From Azolla caroliniana (lineage: Eukaryota > Plantae > Polypodiophyta): 64,000 bases of DNA. The translations under genes and the position numbers were made by a program. The stretch's first letter is position 1. Each line of letters begins with the position of its first letter. The stretch covers positions 9,486,001 through 9,550,000 of the forward strand of contig JBHGNT010000002.1 of the NCBI GenBank assembly GCA_043228905.1, given 5' to 3'. Shown piece by piece: positions 61,603 through 64,000 of this stretch. The notes below the pieces were generated by a model. It was not told the DNA's origin. It was given only the letters and a program-made list of their open reading frames with translations, and ran no database searches.

Positions 61603-62957
61603 TTAAGACACTTGCATATCCTCAACATCTTCATCTTCGCCTTCTTCTCCACATGGAGCTGGGGGAGACAAATTCAAGTTTGGAGGGGCTGCTTTTTCTG
61701 CATCTCCGTTTTCTTCTTTCCTGCCATTGCCACCACCTGATTTCCATTTCTTCGCTTGGCCTCTCTCTTTTGCTTCTGACTTCTTCGTTGCATTGTCTCT
61801 TCGGAATTCTGCAAAAACAATCATAATCACGTATGGTAACATGTGTAAACTTGGGTGGTCTGTCACACATACACTCCTTTTTAACAACGATTTAAATCGA
61901 ATGAATAAATGCAAGACATATCATTGTCATTGATGAACACAATAAGTGAATTGCATATCATTTGATATCAAAGAACTCATCAAAGAGGACTCGGGAATAC
62001 GCAATTATTCTAACCACTCAGAAATATGAAATAGTAATTATCTACAAGGATTGACTCGCACACCCTCCTCCATCCTTCAAAATATCAAAGTGTAATCATC
62101 CTCTTGCAAACTTCATTTCAGTGTGTTGTTATATTTCTCCACATTTTTATACTCTCAACATATCAACCCTGTGTTTCCCACAGATTCCAAATTCCAACCA
62201 GTAAAAGCAATATAAACCATTTGTTCACAGACAACAGTTTTTGTATTCAAAGTAATATTTTGTTGCAACCTGCATAGCAAGTGTTGAGGACCCGAGTTTT
62301 TGAAGACTTGTGCAAAAACAATTTCTCAGTTTACTCTTGATTTATGCCACTGTACTAATTTTGTTCTTCTAAATACAGTACCAGAATGTCTCTAAAATTT
62401 GGACCTACCTTCAAGCGCAATCTTCAAGGAATCCATAAACTCGGGAAACTCGATTTCTTCCACAGCTTTAAGTACATCCTCTGCGCTTATTATCTGCCAC
62501 TTGGATTCTCGGCAGATGTCATTATCTCTGTAAATTTACAAAAAAGATGTGTCAAAAGACATGACCAACGTAATGCATCCGATCCCCTAGTACATGAATA
62601 CTTTTTGAAGAAACAATAATGTGCAAAAATGTCTGCAATTTGAACACCTCATAGGTAGAAACAGAATCACAAAATCAATCAGCAAATTTTAATGGAGAAG
62701 CAGAAGAGGCAAAAGCAGGAAAGGGCATGTGTGTGCGTGTGATCTCGTAGGTTGCAGAGAGGTAGTGGATGAAGACCTTGGCGCTCTCAGAGAAGGCGAG
62801 AAGGGCTTCCTTGTGGAGAGGGATCTCCCGCATCCTCGTCATGCCCATCTCCTCTGCCTCTCTTCCTTTCGCTATTTCCGCAATCTTCGTCTTCACTACT
62901 CTACGGACGAACGATCGCTCGAGGGAGATCCTCCCCTGCGCCTGCTGCATCCGCCAT
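61603..62957 (-). pseudogene. DPB4: DNA polymerase epsilon subunit 3 / DPB4 (NF-YB-type histone fold), damaged copy
   Basis: Exon 1 62957-62751 (EDLPRAIV-RRVVK...KEALLAFSESAKVFIHYLSAT), exon 2 62527-62409 (NDICRESK...EDVLKAVEEIEFPEF), exon 3 61808-61603 (acidic tail); 4-bp frameshift and CT in place of the GT donor. Confidence 0.85.
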
Positions 62958-63000
62958 CCCCTACCTCCCTCACGCTATGCCCTTGGGTATGTGTTATTAT

Positions 63001-63351
63001 CATAGTACGTAAAATTCGTGTTCGTCTGGCATAACATTCAGAAAACGAATGTGATTGTTATTTAAACATTCTTGTGTTTTTTTTTTTTGCTTTTTTCTCA
63101 TTTTTTTAATGTTATTTTTGTTTTTTTCAAATTTTTAGGCTTATTTAAACGAATGCGAATGTTATTTAAACATTCTTGTGTTTTATTTTGCTTTTTTCTT
63201 ATTTTTTTAATGTTTCTTTTTTGTTTTTTTCAAATTTCTAGGCTTATTTACCTCATAATAAATAGTTAATCCAAAAGTATGGTATTTATCATTCTTTGGA
63301 GGGTGTTTTTCTTACGCAAATGCACGTATGGTACATATGGTTCATACTATG
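63001..63351. mobile_element. hAT-type MITE (351 bp)
   Basis: TIR CATAGTA...TACTATG; perfect 8-bp TSD GTTATTAT (62993-63000, 63352-63359); internal duplication. Confidence 0.88.
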
Positions 63352-63519
63352 GTTATTATGACTCATGAGTAAAGAGGACTCCTCAAAGTTTTAGCAGCTC
63401 CAATTTCTTTAAAGAGAACCAATAATAATAATTTGCATAAGACACTCACACACATACATAATAGAGAAGAGAGATAATAGTAGGGAAAGAAAGATATATT
63501 GACATCTTCTGAGGCCAAA

Positions 63520-63960
63520 AATTCGCCCATGATACGATCAGAAACGTTATTGTCAACATTTTGTAGTTTATTCTCTCTATGTTCTTTTAGCTCTAAGATA
63601 TATCTATAGTATCTAATAGTTGGGGAGGGTGGGAGGGGGACCGAGTATGTCTCAGATTTTGCCCTTATCTCGGCGTTAGTTGGACACTTGCTTGTAAAGT
63701 GGTACTCATCCTCTATCTCTATGTGACATAATCTACATATCCTTTCCTCTCGAGGAACTCCATTAGTACGACCATTCTCAATCTCAAGTTGGTGAGATGA
63801 TATTCTAAGTTGTCCAATGGTAACCCTTAATTCATTTGGTAAGAATGCATCTTGATATTTTGGTTCTGTAATAAAACCTAACTTAGAGAAGTGCATGAAG
63901 TGTTCCTTATAGTACAACGTTTTAGATGGGAGTGGCTCTATCAAGGTGATCCATTTATAC
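63520..63960 (-). mobile_element. Non-LTR retrotransposon C-terminal fragment (RTE/RTE-X-like zinc finger)
   Basis: QLRISSHQLEIENGR...ERICRLCHIEIEDEYHF..KC. Confidence 0.75.
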
Positions 63961-64000
63961 CAAGTGTAAATTTGCCATATTTCTTGGCGTATTACTTTAT

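Overview
Eukaryotic nuclear DNA from a land plant, most likely a non-seed plant such as a fern, lycophyte or bryophyte (inference from Tcn1-like chromoviruses and the L1/Copia types). About three quarters of the window is transposable element sequence. Host genes: a decayed KUP/HAK/KT K+ transporter (5877-9513 +), an intact-looking WUN1/SnoaL-like gene (11825-12289 +) and a damaged DPB4/POLE3-like histone-fold gene (61603-62957 -). TEs: a Copia-LINE chimera (641-4947), a near full-length L1-type LINE (~13900-21050) and a large nest (~22-60 kb) of Gypsy and Copia elements, solo LTRs and hAT-type MITEs, several with target-site duplications (TSDs) read directly from the sequence. The most interesting signals are in two sequence-divergent chromovirus-type Gypsy elements (B 28185-39471, I 53923-57522). 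Both lack a tRNA PBS and show Tf1-like self-priming complementarity, both have a -1 frameshift cassette with covarying stems, and both carry antisense tRNA-like Pol III boxes at the U3 end of the LTR. B also has a 4-unit heat-shock element next to its TATA box. No CRISPR, rRNA or bona fide tRNA gene was seen. Family names are from motif recognition only; no database searches were run, and boundaries without a TSD are approximate.
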